A stretch of 64,000 nucleotides of DNA from NCBI GenBank assembly GCA_963713045.1, contig CAVQKE010000001.1, positions 160,001 through 224,000 on the forward strand, written 5' to 3'. Made by a program: the position numbers and the translations under genes. This document shows, in pieces, positions 1 through 9,118 of the stretch (within the stretch, counting starts at the first letter, position 1; each line of letters opens with the position of its first letter). Under the pieces are notes generated by a model that worked only from the letters and a program-made list of their open reading frames with translations, made no database searches and was not told where the DNA came from. The DNA comes from an uncultured delta proteobacterium (GTDB taxonomy: Bacteria > Myxococcota > Myxococcia > Myxococcales > Myxococcaceae).

Positions 1-531
1 CGCCCAGCCCCCAAAAGGCAACAGCTGCGCCTGGCGGTGGCGGTGGTCCGCCGGCGCGGGCGACTGCTGTGGGGACGGCGCCCAGCGCAAGGCCTCTTCG
101 GCGGCCTGTGGGAGCTGCCGGCGGCAGCATTGCCGGCGAACGCGACCGAAGACGAGGAGCGCCAAGCCCTCCAGGGGCTCCTGGGGCCCGGGACGCGCGT
201 GGGCGCGGGCCTCGGCAGCGTCCACCGCACCCTCACCCACCGGGCGCTCACCCTCTCACTCTTCGCCGTGCGGCCTGCCGGCCACCCACGGCAGGGGGCG
301 TATGTGGAGCTGCGTTGGGCGAGCGCCGCTGAGGCGTCCACCCTGGGCGTCAGCGCAGCCATGCAGGCAGCCGTCGCCCAGGCCGAGGCCAGCACGTCAA
401 AGAAGTTGCCAGCCTCGCGCCGGGGCAAAAGCCCCCGTGCCCTGGGCAGCGCCCCACCGGAACGGCCGGCACCCGAGAGGCGCCTTCTGCCTCGGCCGCG
501 GCCCTGGAAACCACCCCACCTCCCTGGTTAA
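1..531 (+). CDS. mutY: A/G-specific adenine glycosylase MutY, C-terminal NUDIX-like domain (5' partial)
   Basis: Frame open from base 1; RRPAQGLFGGLWELP and VHRTLTHR motifs typical of the MutY C-terminal domain. Confidence 0.8.
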   Translation, partial: RPAPKRQQLRLAVAVVRRRGRLLWGRRPAQGLFGGLWELPAAALPANATEDEERQALQGLLGPGTRVGAGLGSVHRTLTHRALTLSLFAVRPAGHPRQGAYVELRWASAAEASTLGVSAAMQAAVAQAEASTSKKLPASRRGKSPRALGSAPPERPAPERRLLPRPRPWKPPHLPG

Positions 532-540
532 GGAGGGGCC

Positions 541-1209
541 ATGTCCCTCTTCTTCAACAGCACCAAGTCCAGGCTCCCCACCGCGGAGGAGGCGCTGCGG
601 GGCCGTACGCAGCCCATCGCTGTGCCAGCCAAGCACTTCGTCAACGGCGCACCCCTGGTGCCGCCCTTTCCGGCAGGCAGTGAAGTCGCCACCTTTGGGA
701 TGGGGTGCTTCTGGGGAGCGGAAAAAAAGTTCTGGCAGCTTCCCGGCGTCATCTCCACCATGGTGGGGTACGTGGGCGGTCTCACCCCCAACCCCACCTA
801 CCAGGAGGTGTGCAGCGGCCGCACCGGGCACGCCGAGGTGGTGCAGGTGGTGTTCGACCCGAAAAAAGTTTCTTACCAGCGGCTGCTTCAGGAATTCTGG
901 GAGAACCACGACCCAACCCAGGGCATGCGGCAGGGGAATGACGCCGGCACCCAATACCGCAGCGCCGTGTACACGCATTCCGAGGAGCAAGCGCGGGCGG
1001 CGGCCGCCTCGCGGGAGAGTTACCAGCGCGTCCTCACCGCCGCAGGGTTTGGCCCCATCACCACGGAGATTCGCCCGGCCCCGCCATTTTACTACGCCGA
1101 GGAATACCACCAGCAGTACCTGGCCAAAAACCCGGACGGCTACTGCGGAATTGGCGGCTGTGGGGTCTCCTTCGCACCGAAGGCCACTGCGGAGGCCAGC
1201 CCGGCCTGA
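541..1209 (+). CDS. msrA: Peptide methionine sulfoxide reductase A
   Basis: GCFWG active site, [26 protein letters not shown] upstream. Confidence 0.97.
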   Translation: MSLFFNSTKSRLPTAEEALRGRTQPIAVPAKHFVNGAPLVPPFPAGSEVATFGMGCFWGAEKKFWQLPGVISTMVGYVGGLTPNPTYQEVCSGRTGHAEVVQVVFDPKKVSYQRLLQEFWENHDPTQGMRQGNDAGTQYRSAVYTHSEEQARAAAASRESYQRVLTAAGFGPITTEIRPAPPFYYAEEYHQQYLAKNPDGYCGIGGCGVSFAPKATAEASPA

Positions 1210-1323
1210 CCGGCGGCGGGAGTCGGGCCCCGCCCTCGGCCGCAGGGGGGAAGGCCGTCCCATCAGATGAAGGCGCCTGCTTCCAGCGAGGCCGAAGCCG
1301 GCGTCAACCTTGAAAGGTGAACA

Positions 1324-3432
1324 ATGCGTTTTTCAGCTTCATCGGCCGCTGTTCTCATCGCCCTTGTCGCCGTCAGCCGCGCGGCCGCGGCCGAGGAGGC
1401 CGACCCCTACCTGTGGCTTGAGGAGTGGAAGAGCCCCAAGGTGATGGCGTGGATTGAAGCGGAAAACGCCAAGACCCTGGCCGTGCTGGAGGGCGACCGG
1501 AGGTACGCCGGGTTTTACCGCGATGCGTTGGCCATTGCCGAGGCCAAGGAACGCATCCCGACGCCGAGTTTTTTGGCGGGCGCACTCTTCAATTTCTGGC
1601 AGGACGTCCATCACGTTCGCGGAGTGTGGCGGCGCACGACAGCGGCCAGCTACCGCGACCAGCATCCGCACTGGCAGACGGTGTTGGACCTGGACGCCCT
1701 CGCCCAGAGCGAGAAAGCCAATTGGGCATGGAAGGGCGTGGACTGCGCCGAGCCACGGGAGCTGCGGTGCATGGTGTTGCTCTCCGATGGCGGGGAGGAC
1801 GCAGTCACCCTCCGGGAGTTTGACCTCCCGTCGAGACACTTCCTCCGCGCGGGGTTCGTCCTGCCGCGGGGAAAGCAGCGGGCTGCCTGGCAAGACGACG
1901 ACACGCTGTTGGTGTCGCGTGAATGGGCCCCTGGGGAGATGACCGCCTCGGGCTATCCCTTCATCGTCAAGCGGTGGAAACGTGGCCAGCCGTTGGGTGC
2001 GGCGACCGAAGTCTTTCGCGGCTCGGCGCAGGACGGGGGCTATGGCGTGTCACCGCTGGCTCTCCATGACGGGACCGGGCACCAAGTGCTGCTGATTCTG
2101 CGTCCCCGGTCGACGTTCGAGGCCGAATACCATCTCATCACCACAGGGGGTGTGAAACGGCTCGCCCTCCCGCTCAAGGCGCAAGTCGAGGACTTCGTCT
2201 CCAACCAGCTGCTGGTCAGCTTGGCGGAGGACTGGAGCCCCTCTCCAGGCGTTCACCTTGCGCAGGGCACCTTGGTGGCCATCGACGCCACGGCGGCCTC
2301 GGCGGACCCAGCGCATTTGCAGCCGGTGGTGGTTTACGCACCCGGTCCGCGCGAGAGCTTTCAGGCCAGCCTCTCCACCCGGGACTCCCTGGTGGTCGCG
2401 ACGCTGGACAACGTTCAAGGCCGGGCGTCGGTCTATCAGCGGAAGGCCGACGGAACCTGGGCCCAGAAACCGCTGCCCGTCCCGGCCAACGCCTCGGTGC
2501 AGCTGGTCGATGGGAACCTGCACGGCGACGAGGCCTTCCTCGAGCTGACTGGCTTTCTACAACCCTCCTCGTTGGTCCTGGCCAACGCAGCGACTGACGC
2601 CCTCACCCCGGTGAAGCAATTGCCAGCGCAATTCGACGCGAGCCGGGACGTGGTGGAACAGTTCGAAGCAACCTCTTCCGATGGCACACAGGTGCCGTAT
2701 TTTGTCGTCCATCCGGTCAAGATGAAGCTGGATGGCAACAATCCCACCATTCTCTATGCCTACGGCGGCTTTCAAGTCATCGAGGCGCCGTCCTATTCCG
2801 GCGTGCGGGGCAAGCTTTGGCTCGAGCAAGGCGGAGTCTTCGTCCTAGCCAACATCCGTGGCGGAGGTGAGTTCGGTCCCGCTTGGCACGAGGCCGGGCT
2901 GAAGACCCATCGACAGCGCATCTACGATGATTTCGCCGCGGTGGCGCGTGACTTATTTGCCCGGAAAATCACCAGTCCGCGTCGGCTGGGGATTGTCGGC
3001 GGTTCCAACGGGGGACTGCTGATGGGCGTGGAATTCACCCAGCATCCGGAGCTGTGGCGCGCGGTGGATATCCAGGTCCCCCTCTTGGACATGCTGCGGT
3101 TCGAGAAGATTGCGGCCGGTCCGTCCTGGGTTGGAGAGTATGGAAGCGTGTCGGTGCCGGAGGAACGGGCGTTTCTGGCGTCCATCTCGCCCTATGAAAA
3201 CCTCAAGCGGGGCGTCCAATACCCGGAGCCCTTTATCTGGACGACGACCAAGGACGACCGCGTTGGGCCGCAGCATGCAAGAAAATTTGCCGCACGGCTT
3301 TCGGAGCTGGGGATTCCTTACCTCTTCTATGAGATTACAGAAGGCGGCCACGGCTCGGGCATCAACTTGAAAGAGACTGCCAAGATGAGCGCGCTTGAAA
3401 TGACCTACTTCGCCCGCAAGCTGATGGACTAA
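1324..3432 (+). CDS. Secreted prolyl oligopeptidase (S9A)
   Basis: Signal peptide, DPYLWLE, GGSNGG nucleophile elbow, DDRV and GGHG triad motifs. Confidence 0.93.
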   Translation: MRFSASSAAVLIALVAVSRAAAAEEADPYLWLEEWKSPKVMAWIEAENAKTLAVLEGDRRYAGFYRDALAIAEAKERIPTPSFLAGALFNFWQDVHHVRGVWRRTTAASYRDQHPHWQTVLDLDALAQSEKANWAWKGVDCAEPRELRCMVLLSDGGEDAVTLREFDLPSRHFLRAGFVLPRGKQRAAWQDDDTLLVSREWAPGEMTASGYPFIVKRWKRGQPLGAATEVFRGSAQDGGYGVSPLALHDGTGHQVLLILRPRSTFEAEYHLITTGGVKRLALPLKAQVEDFVSNQLLVSLAEDWSPSPGVHLAQGTLVAIDATAASADPAHLQPVVVYAPGPRESFQASLSTRDSLVVATLDNVQGRASVYQRKADGTWAQKPLPVPANASVQLVDGNLHGDEAFLELTGFLQPSSLVLANAATDALTPVKQLPAQFDASRDVVEQFEATSSDGTQVPYFVVHPVKMKLDGNNPTILYAYGGFQVIEAPSYSGVRGKLWLEQGGVFVLANIRGGGEFGPAWHEAGLKTHRQRIYDDFAAVARDLFARKITSPRRLGIVGGSNGGLLMGVEFTQHPELWRAVDIQVPLLDMLRFEKIAAGPSWVGEYGSVSVPEERAFLASISPYENLKRGVQYPEPFIWTTTKDDRVGPQHARKFAARLSELGIPYLFYEITEGGHGSGINLKETAKMSALEMTYFARKLMD

Positions 3433-3448
3433 AGTCAGCCCCAGGCCG

Positions 3449-4165
3449 CTACAGCCCGAGGTACGCTTCGCGAATCCCCCTGTCCTGCGTCAGGGCCGCC
3501 GCCGTCCCTTCCGTCACCAGCTTGCCGTTTTCGATGACGTAGCCCCAGTCGGCAATCTCCAGGCCTTCCATCACCTTTTGCTCGACCATCAGCACCGTCA
3601 CTGTCTTGGCCAATTCGCGCACCGCCGCCAGCGTCTGCTCGGTCAGCTTGGGGGATAGCCCGAGGGAAGGCTCGTCCAGGAGGAGCAGTTTCGGCTCGGA
3701 CATCATCCCTCGGGCGATGGCCACCATTTGCTGTTCCCCTCCGGACAGGGTCCCGGCCACCTGTCGGCGCCGCTCCGCCAGCCGGGGGAAAAGCTGATAC
3801 ATTCTCGCCACGTTTTCGCGCCGCCGCTTGCGAGCGCGCGGCAAATAGGAGCCGAGCCAGAGGTTCTCCTCCACACTCATCTCTGGAAAAAGTTGCCGGC
3901 CCTCTGGCACGTGGGCAATGCCCAACTGGACAATGTCCGCCGCCGAGAAGCCGGTGATGTCCTGTCCCTGGAAGCGCACCTGGCCCGACCGCGGCCGCAA
4001 CAGGCCGGAGATGACGCGGAGGCAAGTCGTCTTCCCAGCCCCGTTGCCGCCGAGGAGCGCCACCACCTGCGAAGGACGCACCTGGAAGCTGATGCCAAAC
4101 AGCGCCTGAAAGTCGCCGTAAAAGGCCACCAGTCGGTCCACTTCGAGGAGCGTTTCGGAAGTCAC
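3449..4165 (-). CDS. livF: Branched-chain amino acid ABC transporter ATPase, LivF-like
   Basis: GGNGAGKT, LSGGEQQM, LLLDEPSLGL. Confidence 0.9.
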   Translation of the reverse strand: MTSETLLEVDRLVAFYGDFQALFGISFQVRPSQVVALLGGNGAGKTTCLRVISGLLRPRSGQVRFQGQDITGFSAADIVQLGIAHVPEGRQLFPEMSVEENLWLGSYLPRARKRRRENVARMYQLFPRLAERRRQVAGTLSGGEQQMVAIARGMMSEPKLLLLDEPSLGLSPKLTEQTLAAVRELAKTVTVLMVEQKVMEGLEIADWGYVIENGKLVTEGTAAALTQDRGIREAYLGL

Positions 4166-4905
4166 CGCTGGGCGCCGCCCGTCCGGTACTTGCTGCCGAG
4201 ATAGGCCTCAACCACCCGCGTGTCGTGGACCACCGCCTCGGGGGTGCCCTCGGCCAGCTTGGCCCCCTGGTCCATCACCACCACCCGGCTGGCCAGCGCC
4301 ATCACCACCCGCATGATGTGTTCCACCCCGCCCACGGCGGTGACGCCGAAGTCCTTCAGCTGCTTCAAAAGGTGCACCACTTCGGCCGACTCGGCGGGGT
4401 TGAGCCCGGCCATCACCTCGTCAAGCAGCAACAGCTTTGCGCCGGTGGCCAGGGCACGGGCCACCTCCAGCAGCTTGCGCTGGGCCAGCGGCAGCCCGGA
4501 CGCCAGCTGGTCGGCGCGCTTGAGCAGCCCCAGAAACTCCAGCACCTGGTCGGCTTTTCGCGATGCCTCGGCCCGCGAGCGCGCGTGGAGGAAGGAGCCA
4601 AGCATGACGTTTTCCCGGACAGTGAGGCTGGGCAACGGCTTCACAATTTGGAAGGTGCGGCCGATGCCCAGCCGCGTCGTCTGGTAGGGCTTGAGTCCCA
4701 CCAGGTTTTGCCCCCGGTAGAGGATTTCACCGGAGTCCGCGGTGAGATAGCCGGAGATGAGGTTGAACAGCGTCGTCTTCCCAGCGCCATTGGGGCCGAT
4801 GATGAACACGACGTCGCCCTCCTCGATGTCGAAGCTGACGTCGTTGGTGGCGAGCAGCCCGCCAAAGCGCTTCACCACGTGCTTCAGCTGCAGCAGGGGG
4901 GCCAC
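4162..4905 (-). CDS. livG: Branched-chain amino acid ABC transporter ATPase, LivG-like
   Basis: GPNGAGKT, RTFQ, LLLDE, EAYLG; GTG start at 4905 after GGAG. Confidence 0.9.
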   Translation of the reverse strand: MAPLLQLKHVVKRFGGLLATNDVSFDIEEGDVVFIIGPNGAGKTTLFNLISGYLTADSGEILYRGQNLVGLKPYQTTRLGIGRTFQIVKPLPSLTVRENVMLGSFLHARSRAEASRKADQVLEFLGLLKRADQLASGLPLAQRKLLEVARALATGAKLLLLDEVMAGLNPAESAEVVHLLKQLKDFGVTAVGGVEHIMRVVMALASRVVVMDQGAKLAEGTPEAVVHDTRVVEAYLGSKYRTGGAQR

Positions 4906-4915
4906 CGTCGCTCCT

Positions 4916-5863
4916 TCAAGCGGTCTCGGTGCCGGCCGGCCTTCGGCGCCACCAGCGCTGCTTGGCGATGGAGACCAGTCCACCGGGGAGAAAGAGAACC
5001 ACCAGCACCAACAGCAGCCCATAGAAGAAGGTGTGGGCCCGCTCCAGGTAGGTCTTGAGTGCCTCGGCCGCGACGGTCAGCACCACCGCGCCCACCATCG
5101 GGCCCCACACCGTGGCGGCCCCGCCCAACATGGCGATGAGCGCCATCTGCACCGACAAGTCGATGCTCAGCACGCTGTCCGGGCCGATGAATTGGAACAC
5201 CCCGGCGTACAGCGAGCCGGCGGCCGACACCAGCGCCGCGGACAAGAGGAGCGCCTTCAGCTTTTCCACCGCTGGATTGATGCCCACCGCCATGGCGGTG
5301 TCCTCGTTCTCGCGGATGGCCCGCAGCGAGTAGCCGAAGCGGCTGACGTCGGTCCAGCCGCTCAAAGCAAAGGCCAGCGCCAACAGCGGCAATGCTGCGT
5401 AGTACGTCTTCCGGTCGCCGTTGGGCTCCTCGAAGAAGCCGGGAGCAATCATCCCGATGGCCCCGTGGGTGAAGGACAGGTTGAGCGCCAGAAGTCGGAG
5501 GATTTCGGCGGCGGCGATGGTGGACAACACGAAGTACGGGCCACGCAGCCGGAAGGTGAGGCTGCCGATGACCAGCGCCGCCAGGCAGGCCAAGACGACG
5601 CCGGCCAACAGGCCGAGCCAAGGGTTCCACTGGAAGGACTCGTGGAAGAGGGCCAGGCTGTAGGCCCCGATGCCGAAGTAAGCGACGTGCCCCAGCGACA
5701 GCTGTCCGGCGTAGCCGCCGAGCAGATTCCAAGCCATGCCGAGGATGGCAAACACCACCACCCGGAAGACAATTTGCTGGAAGTAAGCGTCGCGCAGCCA
5801 CAGCGGCAGGCTCAACAGGAGAGCGAACAAGACCATCGCCGGCACCCAACGTGCTCGACTCAT
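4916..5863 (-). CDS. livM: Branched-chain amino acid ABC permease, LivM-like
   Basis: GYAGQLSLGH, LRGPYF, AIRENE motifs; ATG overlaps the livH stop. Confidence 0.88.
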   Translation of the reverse strand: MSRARWVPAMVLFALLLSLPLWLRDAYFQQIVFRVVVFAILGMAWNLLGGYAGQLSLGHVAYFGIGAYSLALFHESFQWNPWLGLLAGVVLACLAALVIGSLTFRLRGPYFVLSTIAAAEILRLLALNLSFTHGAIGMIAPGFFEEPNGDRKTYYAALPLLALAFALSGWTDVSRFGYSLRAIRENEDTAMAVGINPAVEKLKALLLSAALVSAAGSLYAGVFQFIGPDSVLSIDLSVQMALIAMLGGAATVWGPMVGAVVLTVAAEALKTYLERAHTFFYGLLLVLVVLFLPGGLVSIAKQRWWRRRPAGTETA

Positions 5864-6723
5864 GGCGCCTTCTTGCCGAACAGGCCCTGGGGCCGGAGCA
5901 GCAGCACCGCCAGGAAGAGGACGAAGTCCACCACCTGGGTGTAGCTGTCGGACCAGTAGTAGGCAGTCAGCCCTTCGGTCACGCCGAGAATGATGCCGCC
6001 CAGCGCCGCGCCCTCCACGCTGCCCATCCCCCCCAACACCACGATGACGAAGGACTTGAGGTTGTAGGGGCCGCCGACGGTGGGGTTGACGTAAAAAATC
6101 GGGAGCAGGAGGGCGCCGGCTCCGCCCGCGCAGGCCACCCCAAAGGCGAAGGAGATGCCGGAAATCCACCGCACCCGGATGCCCATCAGCGAGGCCACCG
6201 TCGGGTTTTGGGCCACCCCGCGGATGGCCCGGCCCATCTCGGTGTACTTCATGTAGAGGTACATGCTGGTCACGCCGAGCACGGCGATGAGGAAGGACAC
6301 CGCGTAGGCGACGTTGAAGTTGAGGGGCCCAACGTTGGCGGTGCGGTCGGCCAACGGAAGGCTGATGGAGCGGTAGTCGCCGGTGAAGAGCAGCTGCGCG
6401 GCACCCACCAGGCACAGCGAAATGCCTTCCGTCAAAAGAATTTGAAGGAAGTCCGACTGCGCCATCACCCGCCGAATGAGGAGCCAGTAGACCGCCATCC
6501 CGATGATGAACAGCGCGGCACCCACCAGTGCGCAGCCCCAGTAGGGGTTGATTCTGAAAAGCGTGTAGCCGAAGTAGGCGAGGTACATGCCCACCATCAG
6601 AAAGGCGCCGTGGGCGAAGTTGACCAGCCGCATCACGCCGAAGACCAGCGCCATCCCCATGGCGATGAGGGCGTAGATGCCCCCCACCAGGACACCGTTG
6701 AGAATGGCCTGGAGCGCGGCCAC
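5860..6723 (-). CDS. livH: Branched-chain amino acid ABC permease, LivH-like
   Basis: YALIAMG..LVFGV..NFAHG, VVLGGMGS, RPQGLFG. Confidence 0.9.
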   Translation of the reverse strand: MAALQAILNGVLVGGIYALIAMGMALVFGVMRLVNFAHGAFLMVGMYLAYFGYTLFRINPYWGCALVGAALFIIGMAVYWLLIRRVMAQSDFLQILLTEGISLCLVGAAQLLFTGDYRSISLPLADRTANVGPLNFNVAYAVSFLIAVLGVTSMYLYMKYTEMGRAIRGVAQNPTVASLMGIRVRWISGISFAFGVACAGGAGALLLPIFYVNPTVGGPYNLKSFVIVVLGGMGSVEGAALGGIILGVTEGLTAYYWSDSYTQVVDFVLFLAVLLLRPQGLFGKKAP

Positions 6724-6729
6724 GGGGAG

Positions 6730-7896
6730 TTATGGCCGGGCAGACCAGGGCGGAGTCGGGAGGATGACTTGCGCGGTGGCCTGGTCGGCCGGGGCCACAA
6801 TCTGGAAGGCGCCCTTTTGTACCTGGGTGATGAGCACCGGGTGCTGGTTCTGCTGGTTGACGAATTTAATCGGACCAAAGATGCTCATCATCTCCGTCTT
6901 GGCGATGGCGTCGCGGATGGCCGCTGGCTCCCATTTGCCAGCGCGCTTCAGGGCGTCGGCGACAATTTTCAGGCTCACGTAGGCCTGGACTGCGTGGTAA
7001 CTCGGATATTCACCCCACCGCGCCTTCACCGTATCGGCGAATTGGGCACTGCCCGGCCACTTGGACTCGCGCATCCATTGCTGGCCGCTGAGGGTGTACT
7101 CGGCGTCCTTGCCGGCACCGACGAGAAAGGCCGGCAGTGCGAAGCCGGTCCCGGCTGAGGTGTACACCCGCGGGTTGAGGTTGACTTGGCGCGCCTGCTT
7201 CATCAGCTGGGTGGCGTCGAGAAGGTAGCTGGCGAAGTAAATCGCCTCCGGCGCCTTCTCTTTCACCTTCTGCAGCATGGCGGTGTAGGAGGGGCTCCCG
7301 GCGCCGTAGGCTTCGTCCGCCACCACCGGGATGCCAAAAGTCTTGGCCCAGGTCCGCATGGCAGCGCCGTTGGCCTGACCGAAGTTGGTGTTCTCATAAA
7401 CGATGGCCATCGTCTTCGGCAGCCCGGTGGCCTTGAGGAAGTCAACGGTGGCGTGGGCCAAGTCGTTGGCGCCCGAGCAAACCCGGAAGACCCACGGGCT
7501 CTTGCTGGCGAGCACGTTGTCGGCCGTTGCGGTGGGAATGAGGAGGGGCACCTGGCGCTTGACGATGGCAGGGACCACTGCCAGCGTGGACTGACTGGCG
7601 TAGGCGCCGATGACCACCGGGACCTTGTCCTGGTCGACCAGCTTGCTGACGCCCTGCACCGCCACGTCGGCCTTGCTCTGGTCATCGTACTTCACCAATT
7701 CGAGCGGCTTTCCCAGCACCCCGCCGCTGGCGTTGATTTCCTCAAGGGCCAGCGTGTAGCCGCGTTCGTGCTGGGTGCCGAAGGCCTGCTCAGAGCCGGT
7801 GACGGAGGTAATGATTCCCACCTTCTGCGCATAGCCCTGCGCCCAGGCGCTTGAAGTGGCGAGGAGGAAGCCTGCGACAACCGTCCGCACGAGCAT
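6730..7896 (-). CDS. ABC transporter substrate-binding protein (LivK/LivJ family)
   Basis: Signal peptide MLVRTVVAGFLLATSSAWA; EINASGGVLG..DD motif; first gene of the liv operon. Confidence 0.88.
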   Translation of the reverse strand: MLVRTVVAGFLLATSSAWAQGYAQKVGIITSVTGSEQAFGTQHERGYTLALEEINASGGVLGKPLELVKYDDQSKADVAVQGVSKLVDQDKVPVVIGAYASQSTLAVVPAIVKRQVPLLIPTATADNVLASKSPWVFRVCSGANDLAHATVDFLKATGLPKTMAIVYENTNFGQANGAAMRTWAKTFGIPVVADEAYGAGSPSYTAMLQKVKEKAPEAIYFASYLLDATQLMKQARQVNLNPRVYTSAGTGFALPAFLVGAGKDAEYTLSGQQWMRESKWPGSAQFADTVKARWGEYPSYHAVQAYVSLKIVADALKRAGKWEPAAIRDAIAKTEMMSIFGPIKFVNQQNQHPVLITQVQKGAFQIVAPADQATAQVILPTPPWSARP

Positions 7897-8014
7897 GGGG
7901 ACTGCCCTCCCGCGCCAACAACGGGCGCCCTTGCAAGCACCGCCTGCGGTGAGACTCCTGCCTAAACCAGCGGGCCCAGCCCAGCAATGCCAAACCACTG
8001 GACACCGCAGCGCG

Positions 8015-9064
8015 TCAGGTGTCCGCCTGCGCTGCGCGTCCCAGCACCGCTTGGGCGACGCGCAGCTGTTCCACAATGTGTTCGGCGTCCGGGACGGTGC
8101 GCAGGGCAAGCCCGCACGCTGGCGTCAACACCGAGTGCGCGACCGCGGCGCGTGCCGCCCGGGCACCCAGCACCGATTCGAGAGACGTCTCGGCGGCCGC
8201 CGCCAATTCTTCCACCGAGGCCTCCTCGCCCAAGTCGGTCGGTACGACTCCCAGGGACAGCGCGCCGCCGCCGCGGAGGTAGGCCTCCAAGGGCCCGGGC
8301 ACGTCGAGCAGGGCGTCCAAGGAGAGGCGCACGTCAAAGGAAAGCAAGTCCAACCCCAACTCCAACAGGGCTTCCCAGCGGGTGTTGCCGCAGCAGTGCA
8401 GCCCCACCAGCGCGCCCTCGCGCTGCAGCGCGACGATGAGGAGGCGCAGCTCCTGCAGCATGAGGAGGTGCCGGCCCTCGCGGGTGTCCAGGGCGTAGAG
8501 CCCGGGCTCGTCCAGGTAGAAGAGGGGGGTGGCACCGGCCGCCCGCAGGGCCTTCACCATGGCCAAGCAACGGGCCAACAGCAGGCGGAAGACTTGGCGG
8601 TCCAGCGCCGGGTGTTGCGTGATTGGCCCACCGCTGTCGAGCTGCGTTCCCCAGCGGACGGTGGCCGGTCCGGCCAGCTGGGCCTTGGCCAGCGCCAGGT
8701 GACGGTGCTGCACTTCCCACAGGAAGGGTAGCCAGGCACGCCGCGCCGAGGCGGAGGGCTCGAAGGCGGACAGCTGGCCCGAGGCCAGCGCCGCGTCGAG
8801 CGGGGCGGCGAAGGCGGCGGCGCCGGCCTCCCACGCGCCGAGCGCGACGGTACACATGCCCTGCGCGTCGAAGGAGAGGCCGGGGAGGCCTTCCAGCGCC
8901 GAGGCCATCATGAATTCGCCCGGGTTGTCCGCCGGAAGCTCCGGGAGAAAGGGCACGTCCACTTGGAAGGCAAGCTGCAGCCCGAGTTCGCTTTGGGTGT
9001 GCGGCAGGCTGCCAATGCCGGTGGTGGCCCGAGGCGGCAACAGCGCAAGCGCGGCGCGCGACAA
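8015..9064 (-). CDS. Single-barrel MetE-like (core methionine synthase) protein
   Basis: TTGIGSLPH, PFLPELP, DEP, HCC and PACGL putative Zn ligands; directly downstream of metH. Confidence 0.7.
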   Translation of the reverse strand: MSRAALALLPPRATTGIGSLPHTQSELGLQLAFQVDVPFLPELPADNPGEFMMASALEGLPGLSFDAQGMCTVALGAWEAGAAAFAAPLDAALASGQLSAFEPSASARRAWLPFLWEVQHRHLALAKAQLAGPATVRWGTQLDSGGPITQHPALDRQVFRLLLARCLAMVKALRAAGATPLFYLDEPGLYALDTREGRHLLMLQELRLLIVALQREGALVGLHCCGNTRWEALLELGLDLLSFDVRLSLDALLDVPGPLEAYLRGGGALSLGVVPTDLGEEASVEELAAAAETSLESVLGARAARAAVAHSVLTPACGLALRTVPDAEHIVEQLRVAQAVLGRAAQADT

Positions 9065-9118
9065 GGTGGTGGGACCTCGCTTCGTCCGACGACAGCCCTG
9101 GGGGACAGGGAGGTGGAG